Below are positions 49,406 to 60,462 of a stretch of DNA of 64,000 bases, in pieces. The notes beneath the pieces were generated by a model. That model did no database searches, was not told the origin of the DNA, and saw only the letters and a program-made list of their open reading frames with translations. Positions within the stretch are counted from its first letter, which is position 1. Every line of letters begins with the position of its first letter. The DNA is from Nitrospinaceae bacterium (GTDB taxonomy: Bacteria; Nitrospinota; Nitrospinia; Nitrospinales; Nitrospinaceae). The stretch is taken from positions 800,001 through 864,000 of the forward strand of contig OZ250172.1 in NCBI GenBank assembly GCA_965237905.1. Direction: 5' to 3'. The position numbers and the translations under genes are program-made.

Positions 49406-52400
49406 CTATATAGACCACCAAGCCTCTTGTTCTTCATCTTCATCGCGGGCAGCAGCTTTTTCAAGGCCCAGTTGATGAAGGATTTGTTGCGCCCATATAC
49501 GTACACGTTTAACCGGATGGTTTTCTAATTCTTTGAAAGGAAGTTCATAAAGCTCAAAGTATTTTGTGCGCGAACCAGACCAACCGTATGAGTATATATT
49601 TCTATTTATTCCATTTAATACATTTTCCCTATCACCAAATTCATCTAACAGGCGGCGAGTAACAGGATGAATCGTTCGATCAGGAGCATCGGGATCCCTT
49701 GAAGAGAGAACCGGGGCTACAACAGAAACAAAAGCCGGGGCTTTTTCAGGGTTGGCATGGCACCAGGCAAATAGAGTGTCTTCCGGTAAGTTCAAAATTG
49801 CGGGATTAGGTTGTTTACTGAACGAATGCTTGTCTCCAAGGAGATACTCAAACTTCCATATAAATTTTTTGTTGGAAATTATAGCTTGGCCTATGAGCGG
49901 CCATGAAATTTCAGGAAAGTCGGCTAGCAATTGTGGAATAAGAGGTTTAATCAATTCTTCTCCGCCAGAATCAACTGAATGAATGAGTTGACGTGTTAGA
50001 GATAGGGCTATTTTTCGAGCTGTTGAATTTCCCCGCCCTTTATCCAAAACCCATTTCATTATTTCTTCGAAATGGTGACCATCCATGTGTGACCGACCAC
50101 CATTTTCAGCCTTAGTACTTGCTTTTTCCGCAGCAAGAAAAATTTGAGGTGTAAGGTCCTCCAACACATGTTTTCGTGAAAAAGCATACATCCCCATAAG
50201 ATTTATGCCTACTAAATAAGCGTCCTTTCCCATTTCAAATAAAATTTCAAAAAGTGGAGCAACATGTGGTGCTGGGAGCTCAGCAAGCTTTCCACCGCCA
50301 CTCCATACCATAAGGTGCCAAGGATTTATTAGCCTTGAAATTAGCGCCTTTAAAACTAGAGGAATATCGCTTGGTTTTATATCAATTTGCCAACAAATGG
50401 AAGGAAGGGCAACCGCGAGGTCAGATGACACGGAAGCTTTTTGTTTAAAATCTTCTACAACATCAGGGTTTGTTTTAACAAGGCTTGATAAATAACCTGA
50501 TAAAAATTCAAAATTTCTTTCTTCTTTATTAATGGATGTTAGGGCAGCGATTATAGAATCAAGAAAAGATACAGGATCATCAATTTTTTCTGAAATAGCA
50601 TACCCAAATACCGCTGCCATACGTTGTTGGCCTTTGATCACCTGGGGGAGGCATGTTCTTAAATCTTCAATATTTTTCGAAAGTTCTCCGGCTAGAACTT
50701 CCACATCCTCTTTTTGCCGTTTGTTTTGTTCTTCATAAGAAAGCTTTTTGTCACATGGATAGTCCCACGGCATTTCTGTGACAAGGGAGCGCACACGATC
50801 AATCAATGCTTCCGGTTGTAGCCTGCTGATTAACTCCTGTACTTTCTGAATAATTTCCTTTTCTAATCCCTCTTTATCATAAACTAAAACATGACCCAGA
50901 CTTTCATAAGCCTCTGGCCAATATGTACCATGAATGGAACTAACATCTTTGATAGCTTTCTCGACAATATGCATCAAATTCCGTGTTGCTAGCGACCTGA
51001 ACTTATGGCCCAAGCCTTTTCCTGCTAATCTCCCCACTTCATCTTTTCTTTGGGCAAGTGTGATTAGTCGATTGCAACATTCTTCAATATAATTCCAAAC
51101 TTCGCCCCAAGTTTCAGGTTGCCATGGCTCCAGCGCAGGACGGCTGCCGTGTGTTTCAGAACCTACGGATCGGGAGAAATGATCCATTTGTGCGCCTTGG
51201 AGTAAAGCTTCGACAATAATCAATAGCCGTCCTTCTTCCTCTGTGTTCAATGCATCTCCAATAAACCTTAGGCGTCTTTCACCATCAGCAGCAGTATCAC
51301 CTAAATATACAGGAAAAAGTGATTTGAATTGTCCCGTTGCATTATTAGAATAATTTTCGTTTTCCGCAACGGCAAGGTCCAGCATCAACTTGGCTCCTCG
51401 TTCAAACGTATCAGGATCAAAACATACTTTATCTAAAGCCCAGACGATGTGACGCCTAGTATCATTGTCAATACTGATTAATTTTTCGCAAGAAAGATTT
51501 CCAATAATCCTCTCAAGCAATGTTACAGCTGCTTCAGTATCTATTTCTGCCAAATTGGAAAAAAATTCTGAATGCCCCGGCTTGGCTAGACTTTCAAGAG
51601 AATCAAAGGGACCACCTCTTCTTAATAAATGCCTACCAATCGTACTACCAAGGTCAGTGGTGTTTAGCAGTTTAAGTTGTGACGCGGCTCTCTTTTTAAG
51701 CCCTTCTGGCAAAGATCCTTCAATGATATTATCCCAATCATCCTTCCCCCACTCACCCCAAAGTTTTTCAGCTAAGTTCAAAGCTACAGGACGGGGCTGA
51801 ATCATAAAGCTCTTTCCTTTGGTTTGCACGATCCCACGATCTACCAACCTTCTTATTGCTGAACGCATTGCTTCAGGGCTCAAATTACGACCAAGTTTTG
51901 AGACCGTTCCGATTTCGCTATCATAGATAATTCCAAAAATACTTAAGATCTGGGCACCCCGAAAAAGAATATCCGCTTCCACTTGATCACGTCCTATGAT
52001 AATTGCTTTTGCAATGTCTTCAGGAGCGTAAGCAACTGGAATATTCTGAACCCCAACCTGCCCCAATAAAACCGCGATTTTTGGAAAACCTTGGGAGAAT
52101 CGTACAAGCCGCCTAAAATCCTCATCAGGTTGACCGCTATTGATGGCTTTTAAGATTCCCTCGATTACGGCTTGGTCAGCTAGCCCTACAATAACTCTGC
52201 CTTCACCCTCTAAAAAAGGAGGCTCATTATCAATAGTAACAAGCGACAGAAGACTTTCCTGCCTTTGGACAACATTGGATAGATCTAAATGGGTTTGTGC
52301 ATCACAATGATCGACAACAATGATAACCTCTGTAGGAGAGTCGGCAAGATTCTGAACCGCGAGTTTTACCGCAATGCTCCCGGCCATCTGTTCATCAATA

Positions 52401-53455
52401 TAAAGTGCCCGTTCACTTAACTGGAATGAAGAATCACTGCTGGATTCTTTAGTGTCCAAGGTCTCTAAGACAAGACGTGATTTACCTACTCCTGGAGGGC
52501 CAAGAACACGTGCAACACCTTTTGGGTGGTCAATAATAGGAAGCAATTTTTGGCGCAGATCTATACGGCGAGGATCTTCAACCCAGGGAGTGCTGTGCTC
52601 AGGACTGGTTTTCCAGTAGGACCAAGTTTTAAATTTACCAATAGCGCCATGCTCGGTTTGTTCCAAGAGCCAAACTGCAACAGAAGTATGAGTATTGACC
52701 CACTCAGCAATTTGGCTTGAATCCCAAAAAGCCACTTGCCAATCGTCAATCTTTAGCCCAGCTTCCTTTAGGGAAGCACGAATGGACTTCTCCTTTTTTA
52801 TAATTTCTTCCTTAGTGTAAGAGTGGGCGCAAAGCAGAGTGTAACTTCCTCCAGCCTCTAGCATGGAGAGCACCATGGGTTTTATTTTCCCATCAGGTTT
52901 CAGAATTTCCTTGCCAACTTTTTTATTGTCAACTTTACCTGATTTCAGTTGAAACTGATTTAAGCGATGACGCAAATAACGAGTTTTTTCCGGGCCCCCT
53001 GTCCATACAATTCTCCCATCTTCTCCACCATCAGGCGCTGTTATATTTTCAGCCACGTGAATACCATCTCCTGGAATAGAGTGGGCATAGGCTTCTGCCG
53101 CTAATAGTCGTCTCATGAGCAGAGGAAACTTGTCTGCAGATAGCTCAGCAACATGTTTTCCGCTGACTTCAAAAGGTGACCTCCCTCCTTTTGTTGTAGA
53201 TTCCCTTGTTTTTCCAGTTAGGATTTTAAGTGACGCTGGGTTTGTTTCCAGAATTTTTAAAAGGTTTATTACGGCAGCAGCCGGCTTAATAGCCCCAGAC
53301 TCATATTTTGTGAATGCCCGCGGACCACCGCCAATCAATTCTCCAGCCTCAACTTGGGAAAGGCCAAGGCCTTCCCGAATTGTTTTAATACGTTTCGGAG
53401 ACAAATTTTCCTTTTTATTGTTTTCTAAATCACTTTTTCCGTTTTTCATAACCAT
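49406..53455 (-). CDS. HTH + PD-(D/E)XK nuclease + STAND-like P-loop ATPase + helical-repeat protein; candidate Avs-like defence protein
   Basis: MqsA-like HTH (LGLSQVEAGELIGGGPRAFTKYESG), PDGGEDG...FQLK, Walker A GPPGVGKS, Walker B IIVVD, long alpha-helical C-terminus; AT-rich. Confidence 0.8.
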   Translation of the reverse strand: MVMKNGKSDLENNKKENLSPKRIKTIREGLGLSQVEAGELIGGGPRAFTKYESGAIKPAAAVINLLKILETNPASLKILTGKTRESTTKGGRSPFEVSGKHVAELSADKFPLLMRRLLAAEAYAHSIPGDGIHVAENITAPDGGEDGRIVWTGGPEKTRYLRHRLNQFQLKSGKVDNKKVGKEILKPDGKIKPMVLSMLEAGGSYTLLCAHSYTKEEIIKKEKSIRASLKEAGLKIDDWQVAFWDSSQIAEWVNTHTSVAVWLLEQTEHGAIGKFKTWSYWKTSPEHSTPWVEDPRRIDLRQKLLPIIDHPKGVARVLGPPGVGKSRLVLETLDTKESSSDSSFQLSERALYIDEQMAGSIAVKLAVQNLADSPTEVIIVVDHCDAQTHLDLSNVVQRQESLLSLVTIDNEPPFLEGEGRVIVGLADQAVIEGILKAINSGQPDEDFRRLVRFSQGFPKIAVLLGQVGVQNIPVAYAPEDIAKAIIIGRDQVEADILFRGAQILSIFGIIYDSEIGTVSKLGRNLSPEAMRSAIRRLVDRGIVQTKGKSFMIQPRPVALNLAEKLWGEWGKDDWDNIIEGSLPEGLKKRAASQLKLLNTTDLGSTIGRHLLRRGGPFDSLESLAKPGHSEFFSNLAEIDTEAAVTLLERIIGNLSCEKLISIDNDTRRHIVWALDKVCFDPDTFERGAKLMLDLAVAENENYSNNATGQFKSLFPVYLGDTAADGERRLRFIGDALNTEEEGRLLIIVEALLQGAQMDHFSRSVGSETHGSRPALEPWQPETWGEVWNYIEECCNRLITLAQRKDEVGRLAGKGLGHKFRSLATRNLMHIVEKAIKDVSSIHGTYWPEAYESLGHVLVYDKEGLEKEIIQKVQELISRLQPEALIDRVRSLVTEMPWDYPCDKKLSYEEQNKRQKEDVEVLAGELSKNIEDLRTCLPQVIKGQQRMAAVFGYAISEKIDDPVSFLDSIIAALTSINKEERNFEFLSGYLSSLVKTNPDVVEDFKQKASVSSDLAVALPSICWQIDIKPSDIPLVLKALISRLINPWHLMVWSGGGKLAELPAPHVAPLFEILFEMGKDAYLVGINLMGMYAFSRKHVLEDLTPQIFLAAEKASTKAENGGRSHMDGHHFEEIMKWVLDKGRGNSTARKIALSLTRQLIHSVDSGGEELIKPLIPQLLADFPEISWPLIGQAIISNKKFIWKFEYLLGDKHSFSKQPNPAILNLPEDTLFAWCHANPEKAPAFVSVVAPVLSSRDPDAPDRTIHPVTRRLLDEFGDRENVLNGINRNIYSYGWSGSRTKYFELYELPFKELENHPVKRVRIWAQQILHQLGLEKAAARDEDEEQEAWWSI

Positions 53456-53494
53456 AGTGACCCTATTTTGAATTTCTTTCTCACGTCAGTATTT

Positions 53495-53692
53495 CTAGTG
53501 TCGCAGTGCTGTTTCCAGAATCATTAACCGGCGTTTTAAGGCAGAGTCCGGCTTGGTGACCCCGGATTCATATTCTTCGAACGCTCGAGGAGCACAGTTA
53601 AATAATTCCTCAGCTTTAACTTGGGAAAGACCAAGGCTTTCCCGAATTATGCGGATTCGTTGTGGTGAAAATTTATCTTTATAAATAACCAT
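53495..53692 (-). CDS. Stand-alone MqsA/Xre-like HTH protein, paralog of the downstream gene's N-terminus
   Basis: SPQRIRIIRESLGLSQVKAEELFNCAPRAFEEYESGVTKP. Confidence 0.75.
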   Translation of the reverse strand: MVIYKDKFSPQRIRIIRESLGLSQVKAEELFNCAPRAFEEYESGVTKPDSALKRRLMILETALRH

Positions 53693-53748
53693 AGTGGTCC
53701 TTAGTCTAAATCTATACCATTATGGTCACAAGTCGACTGAGATGTCAA
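53688..53748 (-). promoter_or_regulatory. Promoter with two ACCA-N3-TGGT palindromic operators
   Basis: TTGACA (53743-48), 18-nt spacer, CATAAT (53719-24); ACCATTATGGT at 53716-26 and ACCATAGTGGT at 53688-98. Confidence 0.6.
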
Positions 53749-53832
53749 CGGTGGGATATAATTTTTTTGGTTTGGGGGGTTTAAGCCCTCTCGCAGGCTA
53801 TATTTCCGTTTTCCTGAAGATGCAATCGGACG

Positions 53833-54852
53833 TTACACACAATAGGGCGGGATACCCTCTTCGACGGGTGTGCCGGGTTTGCCGTTCTTGATGTTCTGGA
53901 TGTTTTTGGCGGTGCCGGTGATCATTTTCTGGCGGGAGATTTCGATCTGCCGCATGATCTCGTCGGGTGAATCGGTGAGCAGGTTGCCGAACTTGGGCTG
54001 GCATTTCAAATTGCCGACGTCACAGCACGGGGTCATCTCCCCGGTTTGCTGGACGGTCATGATCTCGATGGTACCGCGCGGGATGGTGCACTCCAGCGTG
54101 TTGACGTCTTTCGGGAACGGTTGCGACACCATGGCCCGCTCTCCCCGCTCGTCGACATAAAACCCCAGGATCATATTGACCCCAAAGGTGAAGCCGCCGA
54201 CGGTGGTGTAGCTCTCGATATCTGCCATCGCGTTGTTGAATTCCGCTTCCGTGCATCCCGGCTTTTCTTTCACCAGTTGTTCGATCCGCTCGCGGTGGGC
54301 CTCCAGCAGGGTGAGGGTGGGATGAAACTTCGCCCCCTGCTCGCCAAAAAATTGCTTCATCGTTTCCAACTGAGTCAGCAGGTCCGGCACCTTTTCGAAA
54401 ATCATGTTCACGATCAATTCGTTCTGCAGTCCCAGGATTTCTTTCAGCAGAGGTTTTTGCCGTGATTCCCACACGGTGGGGTACAGGGTGAAATCGACCC
54501 GCCCGTGCAGTTTCATGATTTCCACCAGCCGCAACCAGCGTGAGTGCGTGTTCGATTGGATGTCGAGGTTGGTGTGCAGGCGGACGTTGGGCGAAATCCT
54601 GCGGAAGATGTTGAAAATTTCGACGAGGTGCGGATTCTGCGAAGGCTCGCCGCCGGTGAAGTTGATTTCCTGTTGGGCCAGCTGGTTGAACAGGTCGATC
54701 TGCTTGATCTTGTCCACCATCACCTGCGCCTGCTCCGGCAGGAGATGCCAGTCGCTCCGGTCGATCTTCGACAACGGCTCGTAGACGTGGCAGTACGTGC
54801 ACTCATCGCGCACGTAGCGGTTGCAATTGGCTTCGACAAATATATTCAGCAT
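53833..54852 (-). CDS. Radical SAM protein with CX7CX2C motif and twitch/SPASM-like C-terminus
   Basis: CNRYVRDECTYC, FTGGEP, LHTN, C...GEMTPCC...FGNL. Confidence 0.85.
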   Translation of the reverse strand: MLNIFVEANCNRYVRDECTYCHVYEPLSKIDRSDWHLLPEQAQVMVDKIKQIDLFNQLAQQEINFTGGEPSQNPHLVEIFNIFRRISPNVRLHTNLDIQSNTHSRWLRLVEIMKLHGRVDFTLYPTVWESRQKPLLKEILGLQNELIVNMIFEKVPDLLTQLETMKQFFGEQGAKFHPTLTLLEAHRERIEQLVKEKPGCTEAEFNNAMADIESYTTVGGFTFGVNMILGFYVDERGERAMVSQPFPKDVNTLECTIPRGTIEIMTVQQTGEMTPCCDVGNLKCQPKFGNLLTDSPDEIMRQIEISRQKMITGTAKNIQNIKNGKPGTPVEEGIPPYCV

Positions 54853-54981
54853 GGCCTGAACCCGGCAAAACGGGGATTAACGATATCCCATTCTATAATC
54901 CGCTGTGCCGGTTCTTAAAGCAAAATCCACCTGAACGGGAGCGATTCCCAAAATACGCACCGGCTTGAGGCCCGTTCCGGG

Positions 54982-55222
54982 GAGGGCTTTGCATAAGTCG
55001 CTGGTTCAAACGTCAGGATAACGTGCTTGATATCTCCTCTCCCCAAGGGAGCACCCGCGGGGTGACGGATTAAGGTGAGGGGGCTTTAAAAACCAAACAA
55101 TTTCAAGGGCATGAAGCAGACCACCCCTCACCCTGCCTGTCACCCTGTGGGTGCTCCCCATGAGGGGAGAGGGGATGGGGGTTTTCATCGAGCTGGGGAA
55201 AACCGGATTATGCAAATGTCTC
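54982..55222. mobile_element. MITE-like element with imperfect 15-bp terminal inverted repeats
   Basis: GAGGGCTTTGCATAA ... TTATGCAAATGTCTC (IS5/IS1182-like end motif); TTCCGGGGAG repeated at both flanks; internal hairpins. Confidence 0.6.
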
Positions 55223-55230
55223 ATTCCGGG

Positions 55231-55331
55231 GAGCCGGGCAAGGCCCGGAGCAAATTTAAAACCTTTCAGGTGTGCCCAATGACTGTCGTCCGCAGGCATC
55301 GGTCAACCCGTTGCCCCCCTCGCTAGAGGGG
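55231..55331 (+). repeat. Copy C of the dispersed ~100-nt repeat
   Basis: Aligns by eye with the reverse complement of 72-175 and with 25045-25157. Confidence 0.6.
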
Positions 55332-55346
55332 CCAGCGTCACGCTGG

Positions 55347-55733
55347 TTACTTCTTGCGTTTGGCCTTGGCCTTCCGGGGTTTGCCGTGGTGTTCGGCGCT
55401 GACGGTGGTGTAGATGCCGCCGCGCACGAAGAACTCACCCTCCACCTGCATCCATCGTGGCTGGCAGGCGGCCACCAGGTCGTCCAGAATCTTGTTGACC
55501 ACCGCCTCGTGGAACGCGCCCTCGTTGCGATACGACCAAAGATACAGCTTGAGCGACTTCAACTCGATGCATTCGTGGTCGGGCACATAATGGATATCGA
55601 TATGGGCGAAATCCGGCTGGCCGGTGCGCGGGCACAGGCAGGTGAACTCCGGGCACTCCATATGGATCTCATAATCCCGGTCCGGATAGGGGTTCAGGAA
55701 CACTTCCAGCTCTTGAGCGGCTTGTTTTTTCAT
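55347..55733 (-). CDS. queF: PreQ0 reductase (type I, short)
   Basis: [33 protein letters not shown]. Confidence 0.96.
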   Translation of the reverse strand: MKKQAAQELEVFLNPYPDRDYEIHMECPEFTCLCPRTGQPDFAHIDIHYVPDHECIELKSLKLYLWSYRNEGAFHEAVVNKILDDLVAACQPRWMQVEGEFFVRGGIYTTVSAEHHGKPRKAKAKRKK

Positions 55734-55820
55734 AATTTTCAGTTTTTTCAGGTTTTTTGAGTTTTTTTTCGGTCCCGGCCTTGCTTTTTGGTTCTGGGAT
55801 TTTATTTATGATAGTATCTA

Positions 55821-55847
55821 TTAGCACTTGCGGCCGAGGAGTGCTAA
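55821..55847. promoter_or_regulatory. CIRCE element (HrcA operator)
   Basis: TTAGCACTT-N9-GAGTGCTAA upstream of groES; one mismatch to consensus. Confidence 0.9.
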
Positions 55848-56000
55848 TTTCCGGTACCCCCAACTGGCCAAAACCACATAACTTGTTATTTTAAAAGGAT
55901 TTGCAAATCCATCGCCGTCATTATCGTTTTGATTCAAAACGTTTATTGAATAGGTTTTAACTCAGAATTTGAATTCTATCACTATTTATAAGGAGTTGTT

Positions 56001-57987
<1,987 letters not shown>

Positions 57988-58016
57988 TTCCGTTTTACCT
58001 TAAGTATGAAACACCG

Positions 58017-58047
58017 ACCCCCGGTCCTCGGACCGGGGGTTTTTTTT
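58017..58047 (+). terminator. groEL intrinsic terminator
   Basis: ACCCCCGGTCC-TC-GGACCGGGGGT followed by a T-tract. Confidence 0.9.
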
Positions 58048-58368
58048 ATAAATTTGACTTTTCGGCGATAACCATATAATATCTTATAAATCAATTAGTT
58101 GGATGGTATCCGAATTCGGTTTTCGGATGAATGAATCGCACTGGAGAGGAGCTTCACCCGACCCGGTAAGGGACACCCCCGCCTTTTTCATCCCCTCTAA
58201 ACTTTTTTCTCCAGTTGTGTTAAATTCAGGGGCTCGATGTGGCCAAGCATTACTGTTTGCTCTTCATCTGATAACCATTTTTTAAACATCAACCTCCCCT
58301 GCTGGGTTCTATTGAACTGTCTGCCCCCCACTCACCGATACCGCAATCCCCGACGCCGACTGTTTGCA

Positions 58369-59499
58369 GTGAGGTTTTTGATTCTGCTTCTTGGGTCCGT
58401 ATTCCCGGCAAGTCCCGCTGGAGCGGAATCTCCGCTGTCGCTGGTGATCGAAAACCAGACCTACGTTTACAACCAGGAACGCGCCAGGGAAGTGGATTTG
58501 AGTTTGCAGACCGAAGGGTTCACTTTGATCGGAAACCTGTCCAGGGCATTCTTCCGGTACGAGATCAAAAAGGGATTGCGGGTCGAGGCGGGGGTTCTGT
58601 GGAATTTCGAGTTTGGCGAGGACAATGTCCCCGACGAGGTGGACCCAATTATTTCCCTGCACTATGCCTTTGCCCAGGATTGGTTGTTCACCGCCGGAAC
58701 CATTGACCGGAACCATCCCCTGCACGACGCGTTTTTCAACGATAACCTGCGCTATATCGAACCCATCGAGCAGGGGTTTCAAATCAAGGCCGATTCCCGG
58801 CATATCCGGCAGGACCTGTGGCTGAGCTGGGAGGAACGGGAAACCGACACTCAGCGCGAAAAATTTTCTATCGGCAATGTCACTCAATTGAAGGCGGAAG
58901 GTTTCATGCTGGAGGGGCAGCTCTACTGGGTACATCTGGGTGGCCAGAGAAACTCCGGTCCCGGAGTGTTCAACAATTTAAGTGTGGGCGTGGGCGGCGG
59001 CTACACTTATCGTCCGGAAAAACCCGGCGGCAGTCTCGATTGGCTCGATGAAATCGGGTTCACCGTTCATTACCTGCAAAATACCGACAGTCCGCCGGCA
59101 TTACCAGAGGTGGACGATGAGGGCATGGCCTACCGCGGTTTTTTGACCGTCTGGGATACGTATGTTTATTATCAGCATTGGCGGGGGGGCAGTCTCAATT
59201 TCAATTCGCCCCGCGGAGATATCACCCTACCGGGCATAGCGCTGGCCAAGGGCGATCCCCTGTACCGTGCGCGGATTTATGATGAGGTGGGCATCATCAA
59301 AACCTGGGAACTGGCGGATGAAGTGATCGCGACTCTGGATGTCCGGGGACAGTTTACGTTGGGACGGTTTCAACCCATCGTGGCGGTTAACATCACCTGG
59401 AGGCCGAAGTTTCCACTGTTTGAGGAATATTTTAAAACCCGCACGCCGCCCCAATCCGAAACGATCGAGCCTCCCATCGGTCGGCCTTACGGTTTTTGA
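58369..59499 (+). CDS. Probable outer-membrane beta-barrel protein
   Basis: Signal peptide (ASPAGA); alternating aromatic amphipathic strands; start uncertain. Confidence 0.65.
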   Translation: MRFLILLLGSVFPASPAGAESPLSLVIENQTYVYNQERAREVDLSLQTEGFTLIGNLSRAFFRYEIKKGLRVEAGVLWNFEFGEDNVPDEVDPIISLHYAFAQDWLFTAGTIDRNHPLHDAFFNDNLRYIEPIEQGFQIKADSRHIRQDLWLSWEERETDTQREKFSIGNVTQLKAEGFMLEGQLYWVHLGGQRNSGPGVFNNLSVGVGGGYTYRPEKPGGSLDWLDEIGFTVHYLQNTDSPPALPEVDDEGMAYRGFLTVWDTYVYYQHWRGGSLNFNSPRGDITLPGIALAKGDPLYRARIYDEVGIIKTWELADEVIATLDVRGQFTLGRFQPIVAVNITWRPKFPLFEEYFKTRTPPQSETIEPPIGRPYGF

Positions 59500-59538
59500 A
59501 TGGGGCCCGATTTGCCGTCGGAGCTCCTGCCCTCCAAG

Positions 59539-60318
59539 TCATTCATACTTTTCCGGCGAGGAGGTTCCCCGAATCTGATCATATATCCCGCGCAGGTGGC
59601 CCCGGGCGCTTTTTAAAGTCTCATAAACCCACCCACGGTCGTAATAATAAATAATCATCAACGTGTTCCGGGGTTTGTCATCCGGCCGCATTAGACGAAC
59701 GCTGTGCCAACTGTCGGGTGTCACGCCAAAGGCATAGCCGGAATTGGGCGCAAACGACATCACCTTCCCTTCGTCGAACGAACCATCCGGCTGTTTCTCA
59801 TGAAAAAGTGTGCCGAGATGAACCTGAGATTCATCGGCAGGAAAATAGAACTGAGTCGTGATCGCCTTGCGGTGGGAGTCGGGGTGTATCGTGATTTTGT
59901 AACCGGGAGTATCCCGGAACAAGACCGGGAAAGAATTGATTTTTATTTTTTCAATAGGTCGTCCCGTGGCCCTTTGAAGAACTTCTGCGAATTTTTGTTT
60001 GTACGCGAAGTTAACGGGTGAGGACTTCATTTGATGGGCGATTTCATGCCAGAAGGTCCTCTGGCTCCCCGGCAACCGGTTGATATTGGCGGGCAACAGA
60101 TCAAACTTCAAGCGGGCGCTTCGGCCATCCGGAAGCAGGGCGTCATGGTGCCGCAATTCACGATATAATTCTGAGCCAGGGAGATTCTCCAGTATTTCGG
60201 GATAGAGTGCCGGGTCGAACGGGGAAACCAGCTCCAGATGTCCAAAAGGACACCTGCTGAGAGGGGTGTCGTGAACTCGCTCACTCAGGTATTGGCCAGC
60301 CTGCTCGAGAGTACCCAT
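59539..60318 (-). CDS. 2OG-Fe(II) oxygenase-like protein
   Basis: IHPD...SWHSV...RNT facial triad plus Arg pattern. Confidence 0.75.
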   Translation of the reverse strand: MGTLEQAGQYLSERVHDTPLSRCPFGHLELVSPFDPALYPEILENLPGSELYRELRHHDALLPDGRSARLKFDLLPANINRLPGSQRTFWHEIAHQMKSSPVNFAYKQKFAEVLQRATGRPIEKIKINSFPVLFRDTPGYKITIHPDSHRKAITTQFYFPADESQVHLGTLFHEKQPDGSFDEGKVMSFAPNSGYAFGVTPDSWHSVRLMRPDDKPRNTLMIIYYYDRGWVYETLKSARGHLRGIYDQIRGTSSPEKYE

Positions 60319-60462
60319 GGGTAAATTGGAGGGTCTGGTAAAAAATAGTTATTAACATCCAAGCGGATCATCCGCTCAAACCAAGCCTGTGGAATTCATG
60401 TTGAACGTCGTGGTTTTGAACCCCATACGTCTTCGATGGGAAGCATCGTATGCCATTCAATT

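Noticed and set aside
53495..53692. Complete MqsRA/HigBA toxin-antitoxin pair
   Set aside because: No toxin ORF adjacent and no MqsA zinc-finger domain
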